Shown here: piece by piece, positions 49,532 through 62,902 of the stretch | Numbering within the stretch: the stretch's first letter is position 1 | How the letters are laid out: each line of letters begins with the position of its first letter | From: Octopus sinensis | Taxonomy: Eukaryota | Direction: 5' to 3' | Assembly: GCF_006345805.1 (NCBI RefSeq) | Contig: NC_043003.1 | Coordinates: 86,738,001 to 86,802,000, forward strand | Length of the DNA stretch: 64,000 nucleotides | Made by a program: the position numbers and the translations under genes | Notes under the pieces: model-generated | Databases searched by the model: none | Told to the model about the DNA's origin: nothing | What the model saw: only the letters and a program-made list of their open reading frames with translations

Positions 49532-50071
49532 CAGACACCATTAATGGAATACTTTCAACCTCTCCTTGATTTGTCTTGACACGGCCTGTACCCAGTAATA
49601 TATTAATCAATAAAGTACCAGTAATATACTGAACATGAAATAATAGCAGCTGCTGTTTTATATTTTATATTTAGCCATTTGCTTCGTCAAAAAAAAATCG
49701 ATAATTCTTTCACATCCGACTTTCCAAGATTATTTCGGTAATGAGCATAAAAGCTTTTGTAGTGGAATCCGAAGCCATGTTTCAGAGCATCTTAAAAGTG
49801 TTCCGGTTATAAAACAGGTATCGATCTGGAAAACCATATAATTTTTGGTTTTTCTTTTGCGATTCATTTATTTATTCATTTATTTATTTACATTTGCTTC
49901 TTTTTCCGAGTGATAAATTTATCTTCTAATCTGAAGATATAAAAATACGATATCTATCCTACTAGTTCTTATCGTTGTTGATGTAGCTGTCTTCATTATT
50001 GTTGTTGCTGTTGTGAGCCAGCAGACCCACAAGGGTGACAATTCCGCCTTAATTTTTTAGGAACTATAATA

Positions 50072-50482
50072 CAGTGATCCCTCGTTTATCGCGGTAGATT
50101 GGTTCCGAGACTGCAGCGAATTTCTGCGAAGTAGGGACACCATATTTACAGTATTTATTTAACGTGTATTTGGACTTTTAAAACCCTCCCTGTACTGTTA
50201 ACAACCCACCCATTACAGTAGTCTATTAATAACAAGGACAACTGTTAAGCAATAACACTTTAGATTTAAAAAAATAAAGATTGTTACTGTTACACAGGCC
50301 AGATTACAAAATAGAAAGCTATGATTCGTCATCTCTCACCCTTGCACGAATCACAGCCCGTCTTAAGTTCAAATACCCCTCTATATGATTTTTTGCTATC
50401 TTACACTTGTTTTGTTGTTCCTAGACTAGGAAATAATATTTATTATTATTTTAATGGATTTAATGAAAAATTTTAGGCGTTC

Positions 50483-50539
<57 letters not shown>

Positions 50540-50578
50540 TCCGCGATAGCTGAACCGCGAATTAGCGAGGGATTACTG
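50072..50578. mobile_element. Tigger/pogo-like MITE
   Basis: TIRs CAGTGATCCCTCGTTTATCGCGG and CCGCGAATTAGCGAGGGATTACTG, TA duplicated on both sides, no ORF. Confidence 0.85.
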
Positions 50579-50844
50579 TATATCTACTATGAATAATATT
50601 GTCCTTCCATACTAAGAAGCACTACATTGGCTGATGAATCCTTCTCAGTAGTCATTTGAAAGAGATTTGACTGGTTCTTTTTACAAGGGCAAATGACGAT
50701 GTAGAGACAATAGTATAGGCTCACTGTTGTTGTTGCTGTTAGTGATGGACTCCAGGTCAGTCCAAATGATGGCCATTATAGATTGTATTATCGTTGTTCA
50801 TATTAGCATAATCAACATCTTCCTCACATTGAGACAAACGTCAT

Positions 50845-50958
50845 CGTGACGGTCACCGTTGTCGTCGTCATCATCATCATCATCATCATCATCAACGTCA
50901 TCCTCATCATCATCACCATCACCATCATCATCACCATCATCATCACCATCAACATCAC

Positions 50959-50999
<41 letters not shown>

Positions 51000-51424
51000 A
51001 TGTCACCATCATTATCATTATCAACAACGTCATCACCGTCATTATCATCATTTCCATCATTGTCTTCGTTCTTTTTTTTTTCGTATTAATGATCATCGTA
51101 AATCTTATAACTCAATCATAATTAACAGTTTAACTACAAATATCAGGGAACAACATCTCTGAATCTTTTTAATTCATCAGTAATATCGTTCAACATCCCA
51201 CTCTGACTCCTTTTCTCCGACATTTTGTTAATCTTATTACTAATCGCCTACACTGTCCACTCTCCCCCTGCCTCTTCACTCTTCTTCACCCACCTCTCAC
51301 CATCATAATCATCTTTGTCATCATCATCATTATCATCCTCATCTTCATCTTCATCTCCTTCATCATCAATCCATCATTATAAGCACGATGAGTAGGATGA
51401 TGAGGATGATGATGACGATGATGG

Positions 51425-51495
<71 letters not shown>

Positions 51496-51525
51496 TTGAT
51501 GATAATGATGACAATGATGATGACA

Positions 51526-51587
<62 letters not shown>

Positions 51588-51624
51588 TGTGTTGATGATG
51601 ATGATGTTGATGATAATGATGACA

Positions 51625-51678
<54 letters not shown>

Positions 51679-52828
51679 GTGATGACGACGACGGCGATGA
51701 TGATGATGGTGATAACAATGATGATAATGATGATGAAGATAATAGTGGGGGTGGCCTGGGGTTTGTAGCCCCATGTTATGGCTCGACCTGCAAGAAAAAG
51801 CAGACAAAGCACTCTGGAACTATGCCCTACGCACCTTAGAACATGGCACATTAGATAATGTGGTCCAAGGTATACTATGCTGGAGAAAAAAGAAAAAAAA
51901 AACCCAGAATAACGTTAACTGAAATTCATTTAGCCTGGGGCTAAAATATATAAACAGCAACTACAGCGACGATGACAATGATCATAATTCATCTGTGTCA
52001 TCACTTCATTATCATCATCCTTGAAGTCGTCCTCATCGTTCTTCTCATTATTATCTATATCATCATAATGGTTATCGTCAGCATAGTCTCTGTTATTATC
52101 TTAATTGTCACCATAATGAGGAGGAGGAGGAGGGGAAGGAGGAGGAGGGGAAGGAGGAGGGGTATGTCTGTAATGATGATGATAAGGAGGAGGAGGCGGA
52201 GGAGGTGGATGTTTGTTAGGATGATGATGATGATGATGAGGAGGAGGAGGAGGAGGAGGAGGAGGGGAAGTATGTTCGTTATGATGATGAGGATGAGGAT
52301 GAGTATGTTTGATACAATGACGATGAGGAGGAGGAGAAGGAGGAAGAAGAAGAAGAAGAAGAAGAGGAGTATGTTTGTTATTATGATGAGGAGGAGAAGC
52401 AGGAGGAGGAGTATGTTTTTATGATGACAATGAGGGAAACGAGAGGAGGAGGCGGATGGGAGTATGTTTGTTACGAGCATGTGAGGGGAAGGAGGTTTGT
52501 TATGATGATGTTAATATGATTATCACAACAAGCATCATCTACATCATTATAATCAATATCGTCATTATCACCGCCACTACCACCACCACATCATCATCGT
52601 CGTCGCGTTGTCATTGCTGTTGTCATCATCGTCATCTTTTCATTATCATAATTATCATCATTATGTTCGCAACAATCAAACAACATTACCATCATCATCA
52701 CGATCACCGTCATCAGCTTCGTCTTTGCCATCTTTATGCTTATCATCATCTTCGTCGCCACCATTATCACCATCGTCACCATCATCATCATCATCATCCT
52801 GATCATCACCATCACCATCATCGCCGTC

Positions 52829-52893
<65 letters not shown>

Positions 52894-53040
52894 GATCATC
52901 ACCACCACCATCATCGCCGTCATCATCATCATCACCATCATCACAATCACCATCGTCATCATCATGTTCGTCATTATTACCAGTGTCGGAGTCGTCACCG
53001 TTACCGCCGTCGTATCAGCAACATTATCATCAAAACAGCG
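50845..53040. repeat. Cluster of (CAT)n/(ATG)n/(GAG)n trinucleotide arrays in alternating orientation
   Basis: CAT at 50845-51060, ATG at 51385-51745, GAG/GAT minisatellite at 52115-52520, CAT at 52745-52970. Confidence 0.95.
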
Positions 53041-53403
53041 TGTCGCTAATACAACCATGCAGGAAGTCTTATAATAGCTGTATAGAATCATTTCAATGGA
53101 TTTGTCACTTCCCTTTACTTTATGCTAATGTCATGATAGTTATCAGCGCCTAACATTGAGTAACACATTTACATCCGATTTCACTTTCTTGCTATCATAG
53201 ACTAGCAAATACATATTATATACACATCTATAGATAGATAGATATGTTTCTTTATTAGCCACACAGGGCTGGACACAGACAGGACAAATTACAAAGTAGA
53301 GCTTTTCTTTTTGGGGAGAAAAAAAAAGTGGGGTAGGTTTTCGATCAAAAGGGATCGTAAAAGGAAAAAAAAAGAGAAAAAGAAAAGAAAAAATGGAAAG
53401 AAA

Positions 53404-53610
<207 letters not shown>

Positions 53611-54478
53611 GGTGAAAGCACGAAGCAGAAACAGAAACAAAAGAGAAGTTTGTGATAGATTCATTCTCCAGACAATCATAGAATTTATTCTTTAGCGTCT
53701 TCGAGAAATCTACCGATGTCAACAAGACACGAAAATATGATACAAAAGTCACTAATCAATCCGCGAGTGTTATTTGAGAAGGTTAATCTCAACAACCTAT
53801 GCTCAAGGGGTGGAAATTAACGTAGAATCGATAAGGTTTAGCAAAGGACTGGCAATCAAAAAGAAAAGAAATAGATTAAAGAGTAGCTTGAGTTTAAAAA
53901 ACCATAGAAAAGACGATTAGGAAAGGCATCGTGATTGATTGGCTAGCGCCGAGATTATTCCTCGAGCATTCATTCAACGCAAAACGCGAAGGTTGTTCTG
54001 ACAGAGCTAAAACACATGCTTAAAATAAATCACGAAGGAAGAAATGTTGGCCGGTGTATATGAGGGGCGGAGACGCGACATGGTAATGCAATAATAGTTC
54101 AGTTGCTACTCAGTTCCAGACAGATGTAGGCTATCCAGTTACACTTCGCTTAATTGATCAGAATGGATTGTATACAGGTCTCGACAGAAAATGCGAAGTA
54201 CAGCGAAAATCTTATAGCAGCAGCAAGGAATCAGATGGCCGTGAGTGTTTGTACGAAAGAGAAATCTTGTTTTGGATAATCAGCTCGATAACGTTTGCAT
54301 GTGTGTGTGTGGGGGGGTGTACCAGATTTATTGGCTCAGTTTTTCGCAGATACTTGTCGCAGTTAGCTATAGAATAAGGAATATTAGCATACGGAGTGGT
54401 AACTTTGCTGGGAAAGGATAAAGGCAATGGCAATATAACTGATAATTTCAGACTCAACTCGGCTTCATGCAGATTTTG

Positions 54479-54519
54479 GCCAAGTTCTTAGCCAAGAACT
54501 TGGCACTTATTTTCACTAG
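54479..54519 (+). mobile_element. Possible Helitron 3' terminus
   Basis: Perfect 11-bp hairpin GCCAAGTTCTT-agcc-AAGAACTTGGC, an 11-nt spacer, then CTAG followed by T. Confidence 0.45.
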
Positions 54520-55063
54520 TTTGGTTGAGAAAGATCATACCAGGGCAGATATATCTGTGACAGAAAGGACTGAAGACAGACACTTACTTCATTGACTTAG
54601 CCCTCATCAACTTTTAACAGTTTCACTTGCAGGGGGAAGTGAGAGTAGAGAGAGTAATTTTGTTGGATGATACGGGAGTGCTGAATATGGGAGACTGACA
54701 GATGCAAAAAAAGGGCTTACTTTCGGAAACGAGGGTAATCCACCATCTTGACACTTTTTTGATCTGTCCTAAGTTGTGATCCTACTCTAAGAACATTATA
54801 AAATTGTATATTTATATTATGTATATTTTTATCTCATATTCTCTCTCCTTCCTCCCCTTATCTCACAAATTGTAAGCTGTCTTTTTACTACCCTCTCATC
54901 ATCTGTTCCTGTGGAAAATAAATAAAATCAATATTATTTATTTTTTCATTGCGTGCTTTCACTACTCTACCGAGTATGACTTTGGTATATACTGCGGTTT
55001 GTTTTGGTGCTATTATTTTTACTGTATTGAAAGTGCTCTATGTAAGACGTGCGCAGTGCCTGC

Positions 55064-55355
<292 letters not shown>

Positions 55356-55375
55356 ATGTATGTAGTGGCTAACGA

Positions 55376-55408
<33 letters not shown>

Positions 55409-55443
55409 ATATATATATATATATACTTTTACCTCATGCATTT

Positions 55444-55512
<69 letters not shown>

Positions 55513-57301
55513 TTTTACCTCATGCATTTCTTGTTTCTATTCTAAATAATATATTGAAATGTTCCTTGTCAACGTGTATTTATTGTGTTGTATGTATTTA
55601 TTAAGTTGATGTAAATCATAACTTTAGGATGATTATCTAAATTTTGCTTCTTATATATATTTTCTAACCCTAGAATATTCTTAAATATTGGACCCGGAAA
55701 AGTACAGAACAAGCAGTAATTAAACACGGAAAAGTACAGATCAAGAAGAAAAAAACTTGAAATATTGCTGCTGAAGTTAGAATTTAAAAACTAAACTTGT
55801 AATATATCCGCTTTTATATTTTATATTTTTACTTAAAAGTTTGAATTTGAAATATTGAAGAAGCTGTTTATTTTTCAGTTTTAGAGAAAATACTAATTTC
55901 CTACAAATTAACACATTCAAAATTTGATATTACAAGTTTATATATTTAAGAAATCACATAAAAGCAATTTAGGTAAAATTGACAACTATAACCTCTATGA
56001 TTTTTTTTTTAAAAGGTAAAAAGTCATTTCTATATTTTGCGCTCAATCTGTTCATCAGCTCACTTTTTAAATATGTTTCTAACTGTAAATAGAAAATATT
56101 TTGTTATCTGATAATGCAAATGCAAATTTTAAAGAAATTAATTCTTTAGCTTCTTTGAAAAAGTTTTTTTACTATCTTTTACTCTTTTGAATTACATATA
56201 TTCTACATGAGTTCAATCTTATAACATAATATCTGTTTTGGGATAATCAGTTTTGTTAAGAAAATAGGATTAAAAAAATAAGACTGAAATGTTTTAACTT
56301 AATACGAAGAAATTTTAAAATGAAAAATAGCAGCTTAAATTTTAAAAGTTGAGAGAAAAAAACAAAATATATAAAAAGCAAAACAGTGCGCACACTATTT
56401 GATGAACAAGTTTAGAATTTATTTTGCGTTTTCTAACTTCAGCAACAGTATTTTAAGATTATTTAAAGCATTTTACAACGCTCTTTCATCTGAAGTAAAT
56501 ATCGAACACAGAATACTTGACAAAACAGCTGAGATTATTGACTAAATAGCCTTATAAAACGGAATGAAACTTGATAGTGAGCCGCTAGAGTATCGAATCC
56601 CATAACTCTCAAACTCCGGTTATGCGCTGTATATCAATAAGTTAAGTGATCCATGACATCAGATACCGTCTTTTATAGCGCTAAATATCTTAAAATGCCA
56701 AAAACACTTTAATTTGTTAAAATGGTCACCTCTTTTTTCGTCATTTAAAGCCACAACGTTTTTTCATTTTTTTAGCTAATATTTTTGGACTTGGTTTTCA
56801 TCATGAGATTCTCCTCATAAAGCTTTTTCATTTTAACACAATTATTATATAGTTTTCTTTTACAATCGCTGAGATATTTGAATTCCCAGTCAATTTTCGG
56901 GGTTACTTGTTTTTTCGTCACTTAGAATCACACTACTTTTTTCGTAGTTAAAACGTTTCAACGAGGTTTTCACCAAAAGATTACTCTCAGTGAGCACATT
57001 CTTTAAAACCCAATAAATCTAGATTTTTCTTTTAAAGTAACAGATATTTTGATTCAAAATCAAGTTTTAACCTTACTCTCCAATTTTTGGCCTCACATAT
57101 TTTGATCTAACTTTTTCTGTAATGAACTAAATTTCAATTATTTTATCTCAAAATGTAGCTTATGACTGGACTATCCTTGATATAAAAAAAGCCGCATTCT
57201 ATTTGACTAAGAACTGAATTAGTGAAGAAGCCTAGAAATGATCGCGAGTAACTAAAAGTTAACCATAACTATATATTCAGCATATCCACTACCGTGGTGA
57301 A

Positions 57302-57352
<51 letters not shown>

Positions 57353-57376
57353 ACCCCGACTCAACCCGGGACCTAC

Positions 57377-57408
<32 letters not shown>

Positions 57409-57423
57409 CTATATATATATATA

Positions 57424-58714
57424 CGAGGGACGTTCAATAAGTAATGCCTCTGACCCACTTGCAGTTGTTTGATCTAGCTGAAATTTTGCATGTGCAATCA
57501 TTTGTATCTCTATAGAGTAAGTGGCAAATTACAGCTCTGAATTAATTGTGGTTTCTGATTTACAGGTGTTTGAACCGAGTCAAGTGTGAAATGGAGCCTG
57601 TTGAGTGTCGAGCAGTGATCCGGTTTTTGTATTTGAAAGGACGCACACCACGGGAAACTTTTGATGAAATGAAAGTAACTTATGGTGATGATGCCCCATC
57701 ATATGACCTTGTAAAATGCTGGCATCGTGAATTCAAACATGGTCGGAATTCTGTGGAAACAGCTCCCAGATCTGGTCGCCCCCTTCTGCCATTGATGAGG
57801 CATCTGTCCGTCAAGTTGAGGCTGCCATTTTGGAAGATCGACGCATAATTATTCGCCAGATAGCCCATGAGGTCAAGATTAGTACCGGGTCTGTGGAAAC
57901 TATCATTCATGACCATTTGCATATGCAAAAGGTGTCTGCCAGATGGATTCCCAGGTTGCTCACGCCTTTCCAGAAGCAAGAACGCGTCGAGTGCTCGAGA
58001 GTGAATTTGGAGATATGCCAAGAAGATGAGTCAACATTTTTCAAAAGACTGATTACACAGGATGAAACCTGGGTCCATCACGATGATCCAGAGACCAAAG
58101 CCCAGTCAATGCAGTGGAAGCACCGTAACTCACCCCCTCCAAAGAAGGCAAGGGTGCAGCCCTCCGCTGGCAAGGTCATGCTCACAGTCTTCTGGGACCA
58201 GGACAGAGTAGTGATGACAGATTTCTTGGCAAAGGGTACCACAATTGCAGGAGCCTATTATGCTTTACTTTTGAGGAAATTAAGAGAAGTTATCAAAATC
58301 AAGAGGCGGGGCAAGATCAGCAAAGGCATCCTCCTCCTGCAGAACAACGCTCCGGTCCACAACTCGCTTGTCGCCAGATCAGAAGCACAGGCGTATGGCT
58401 ATGAACTCCTCCCCATCACCCCTACTTTCCTGACCTTGCACCCTCTGATTTTTACCTCTTCCCAATCATGAAGTTGTTTTTGAAAGGAAAGCGTTTCCCA
58501 GATGATGCAGCCTTGATTTCTGAAGTCACGTTGAGGTTGGAAGACCAAGCTGGTTTCTTCTACAAAAACGGTCTCCAGAGCCGCATCAAACGATGGGAGA
58601 AATGCGAAACTCTGGGTGGTTCGTATGTAGAAAAAGACTAATAACTGTGCCAAGTTTCGTTGCTCTACTGCTATGGGAAGTGGGTCAGGGGCATTACTTA
58701 TTGAACGCCCCTCG
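57424..58714 (+). mobile_element. Complete mariner DNA transposon (irritans-like TIR), 1291 bp
   Basis: 37-bp TIRs CGAGGGACGTTCAATAAGTAATGCCTCTGACCCACTT (2 mismatches), TA flanks within (TA)n, transposase inside. Confidence 0.95.
57591..58641 (+). pseudogene. Mariner DD34D transposase, two frameshifts and the second catalytic D changed to N
   Basis: MEPVECRAVIRFL..PRSGRP / ..WIPRLLT..LITQDETWVH..QNNAPVH.. / PY.PDLAPSDFYLF..YVEKD*. Frameshifts at about 57785 and about 58412. Confidence 0.9.
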
Positions 58715-58748
<34 letters not shown>

Positions 58749-58956
58749 TATATATATGATCTAGCTTCACTTATGGGGCGGTTATCTCCTCTGTCGGTAT
58801 ATAGAAATGTGCTTGTTTGCAGTTCTAAGGGTTTTAACTCTTATTTCTAGCAATATCCAACACCGTCAATCACTGTCAGTGACGATTGAATTTTTCCTTT
58901 TTGGCTTTATATTGCGATTAGCTGTCTACATTATATATATATATATCTATATATAT

Positions 58957-58998
<42 letters not shown>

Positions 58999-59006
58999 TA
59001 TATATA

Positions 59007-59037
<31 letters not shown>

Positions 59038-59617
59038 ATGTTAGTATGCGTCGTATGTGTGAGTATATTTCTTAGGGAGCTCTAAGCTCGGCTAATGTAT
59101 TTGTCTGCATAGTTTTTGACCATATCTAAAGTATCTACGCTTATCGGGATTGATTGTTTGTTTTTGTTTTGTTTTGTCTTTTTGCTGGATTTTTGCTTTC
59201 TTTTTTGTTCTTTTTTTCTCTTTTTTTTTTTTTTTTGCTTTGTTTTTCTTCAGGCCTCATATTCTGCTTGTTTCTATTTTCAAATCTTTGTATCTCCATT
59301 TCTTTTCTTTTCAGTTAAGAAGCAGTTATTTTTCTTGATTATCCTTGACAATAATATTTGTTCGATTTACCGTGATCTCTGTCTGCGTTGATTACCATAT
59401 ATCAGATATTGTTGCATTGCCACTTTCTGAAGCTTTTTCTTGAGTATCTTTATACCACCTCGTTTCTGTTGACATTCCATAGTGCTGGCACAACTTCCAG
59501 TTTATGTACATATGTATGTATTTATGTATGTATCATCATCATCAGTTTAAACAATCTTTTACACTTCTTGCAGTGATGCTAAGCCAGAGGTCAATCTCAA
59601 ATATATTTCAGTTCATT

Positions 59618-59658
<41 letters not shown>

Positions 59659-59677
59659 TCATCATCATCACTATTAT

Positions 59678-60172
59678 AAGGCAGTTTTCCTTTACCTGGT
59701 AGCTGTGGCGAAAGAGGCTGAAAGGCATGAGGACAGATACGTCCCTCTTTGGTAGAACTCTCATTGACTTCTTCAAGCTTCACTTGAAACGAAAATTAAG
59801 AGCGGAGAGAGAAGTGCTGTCCTCGAGTAAGCTTATTGAAAGGTGGGTGAACGTTGCGAAAATGGCAAGACTGGATAGTATCTCTTTAAGTGTAGATCTG
59901 TGAGTCGGAGAGAAGGAATTGGAGAGGGCACTTGCTCCTGGAGTTTCCGGGAAATCTCGGAGAGTGGTGTTCCTGGATTATCCCTAAAGGCCTTCCTATA
60001 TCAGGAGGGCCACATCTCTATCAAACCCGCCACTTTTTTTAAAACCTTTGTATACTGTGTATACTCACTTTTTTTATCGTTTCATTATATGTGAACCCCA
60101 ACACACAAACACCTTATGTCCGTCTTTGTATTGTACCCCTCATCTTTCGCCCATGTGGCAAATAAATGAAAT
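59678..60172 (+). mobile_element. 5'-truncated L1/Tx1-clade LINE 3' end
   Basis: AVFLYLVAVAKE..IDFFKLHLKRKLRAEREVLSSSKLIERWVNVAKMARLD..* (TGA 59901-59903), 3' UTR with AATAAA at 60161, then (ATT)n. Clade assignment is from recalled similarity. Confidence 0.6.
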
Positions 60173-60257
60173 CATTATTATTATTATTATCATTATTATT
60201 ATTATTACTATTATTATTATTATTATTATCATTATTATTATTATTATTATTATCATT

Positions 60258-60438
60258 CAGTAGTTTTATTTTTATAGCGTTCTTTCACTTCACTACCGAG
60301 CACAGCTCTGTGTGCCTTGGGTATGTGCTGTGATTTGTTGTGATGCTCTGATGGTTATTGTATGGAAAGTGTTCTGCGTAGGATGTGTGCAGTGCCTAGT
60401 AGTGCAATTTTTGTATGTTATATGGGTTGTAAGTCCTT
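60258..60438 (-). mobile_element. 5'-truncated second R4/Dong-family element (3' end only) within (TAA)n
   Basis: Minus frame IQKIALLGTAHILRRTLSIQ*, the same terminal motif as 1905-1960. Ends directly in (TAA)n. Confidence 0.8.
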
Positions 60439-60450
60439 TTATCATCATCA

Positions 60451-60513
<63 letters not shown>

Positions 60514-61299
60514 ATTATTATTATTATTATTATATGCGTATACATGAAACCTCATAGAACCACATATGCATAAATCCACAGATAAATATACATTCGTGTA
60601 GCCAACACTAAAATAAATATTGACACCGATTGCAGAAACCCTTATCTCAACTTAATGCAATCGCATGCTTGTATGATCCTATATACATGAATGTGTATGT
60701 GTGTGTGTGTACATATATGATAGCGTATATGCGTTTAACTTTGTGAGTATGTGTGCGTATATGTGTATGTGTATGTGCAAAGTTGTATGACGATTGATTT
60801 ATGATTTATACGTTATGACTCAGATAACTCTAAGTATTAAATCTTCCTTCCGTTCACTTGCCTCGGAAAACTTCCCTTTCGAACATTAGTAGTAGCATTC
60901 AAATGAACATTTTATCTCTGTAAACTAATAAGATGCAACGAGTATATTTCTACAAGCTAAACATGATTTTCTCGGCATCTCTTTTATTTATCTTTCACGG
61001 ATTTCTATGTTTCTCTCGGCTAAAAAACCTCTCTGCATCGTACTTAAGTCCATAACAGCCAGCTATCATTTGCGCAGATCTTTTACGTTGCTTTCCGAAG
61101 CAATGTTATATTAAACAAAACTTACAGTATGGCTGCTATATGTCTACTGATTAAATGCTTCGATCAGAATTCTTCCATCCAAAAATTTTCATCAAGAACT
61201 AGATTTATAGTAAACGATTCAATAATATAGCAAATACTAAACAATGGCTTTTTCTAGAATAGTTACTGGAAATAAATATAAGAACGAGAAAGAGAAAAG

Positions 61300-61304
61300 A
61301 GGGA

Positions 61305-61344
<40 letters not shown>

Positions 61345-61600
61345 GAGTACGGGAGAGAGAGACAGTGTGTGAGTGTATGTGTGTGTGCGTGTGTGTGCAC
61401 GTGTGTGTGTATGTGTTTGTTTGGGAGGTTGAGAAGAAGAAGAAGAAGAAGAAGAAGAGGAGGAGGAGGAGGAGGAGGAGATGGGAAGGGGGAGGAGGAG
61501 GAGGAGGAGGAGGAAGAGGAGGAGGAAGACGAAGAAGAAGAAGAAGAAGAAGAAGAAGAAGAAGAAGAAGAAGAAGAAGAAGAAGAAGAAGAAGAAGAAG
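61300..61600. repeat. Compound (GA)/(GT)/(GAA)/(GAG)n purine-rich array
   Basis: Direct reading. Confidence 0.95.
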
Positions 61601-61793
61601 AGATTTTTATATAAAGCTTGAGAAGTTCAGCTCGTTAATGATGTGGTATAAAGCCAGCTATCATTTCTCCGGTCTTTTATGTTGCTTCCAAAGATGAGTT
61701 ATATCATGTAAAACTTATGAGATACGCCTACTGATTTGATATTTCCGATCAGAATTCTTCTTTTCAGAAGTTTTGTACAAAAGTTCCAAGCAT

Positions 61794-61960
61794 GGCTATG
61801 TAGCAAAAAGTTTGCTTCTCAAATACACGGTTGTGGGTTCAGTCTCACTCCGTAGCACATTGAGCAAATGTTTTCAACTATAGCCCAGGGACGATCAAAG
61901 CATTGTGAGTGGATTTCATAAACTGAAACTGAAACTGAAACTGAAAGAAGCCCGTCGTGT
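61794..61960 (+). mobile_element. SINE family B 5' part, with an (ACTGAA)4 expansion
   Basis: gggttcagtctcact..actatagcc..ttgtgagtggatt..actgaaagaagcccgtcg. Confidence 0.78.
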
Positions 61961-61989
61961 GTGTGTATGTGGGTGGGTGTGTACATATA

Positions 61990-62165
<176 letters not shown>

Positions 62166-62370
62166 TATATAGTATATATATATATATATGTAAATACTAC
62201 TGGATGTCACTCATAAGGTATTGGAATCTTACATATATACCATTCTGCCTAAAAAATGGATCTACAACTTCAATATCCCTACATATCTCACATCTATTTT
62301 CTTTCCTCCACGTCACTCTCTATTCTGTATCCTATCTAAATTAAGTATTACTTAACCATCCTCTCCCACC

Positions 62371-62422
62371 GTCTCCGATGAAGGGATATAACTAATAAAT
62401 ATCCTGGAAACAGCTGTAAGAC
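62371..62422 (+). ncRNA. Minimal hammerhead motif, variant core CCGAUGA
   Basis: GTCT-CCGATGA-A-GGGATAT(..)ATATCCT-G-GAAAC-AGCT-GTA-AGAC, with an ACAGCTGT palindrome. Confidence 0.7.
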
Positions 62423-62485
62423 CTTCTATCTATAAATGTTCTATCTACATAGCCTTGGTTTTTTTATCTCATTACGCAAAAAATT

Positions 62486-62528
<43 letters not shown>

Positions 62529-62537
62529 ATATATATA

Positions 62538-62575
<38 letters not shown>

Positions 62576-62902
62576 TATAGATATATATATATATATATAT
62601 ATAATATAATTAATTAATAAGGGTGAGAGAATTAGATATATATATATATATGTATGTATGTATGTTATATGTATATATATAGTGATAATAATAATCCATT
62701 GATGGAATCATAAATAATCTAATGCATTACTACGCGTGTTTCCACAAATCATATGCTTCTTATGATCATAGTCCGCATTCCTGGGATGATTACAGAGCAA
62801 TCCGTAATATCCATGGACATCAGGTAGATATTAGTTCACGCTTTCATATCATCAGGCGATATGGCATTAAAGTTGGAAACAACGAATGTATGACTGAAGG
62901 AT

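Noticed and set aside
50824-53091. Poly-His, poly-Ser, poly-Met and poly-Ile ORFs
   Set aside because: Products of (CAT)/(ATG) arrays, open in several frames on both strands, with no splice or domain evidence.
55760-56455. About 20-nt inverted match (gctgctgaagttagaa / ttctaacttcagcaac) as MITE TIRs
   Set aside because: Short and imperfect, in very AT-rich DNA, with no TSD or defined ends.
57591-58641. SETMAR/Metnase host gene
   Set aside because: No SET domain; the ORF is frameshifted and bounded by TIRs and TA, so it is a free mariner.
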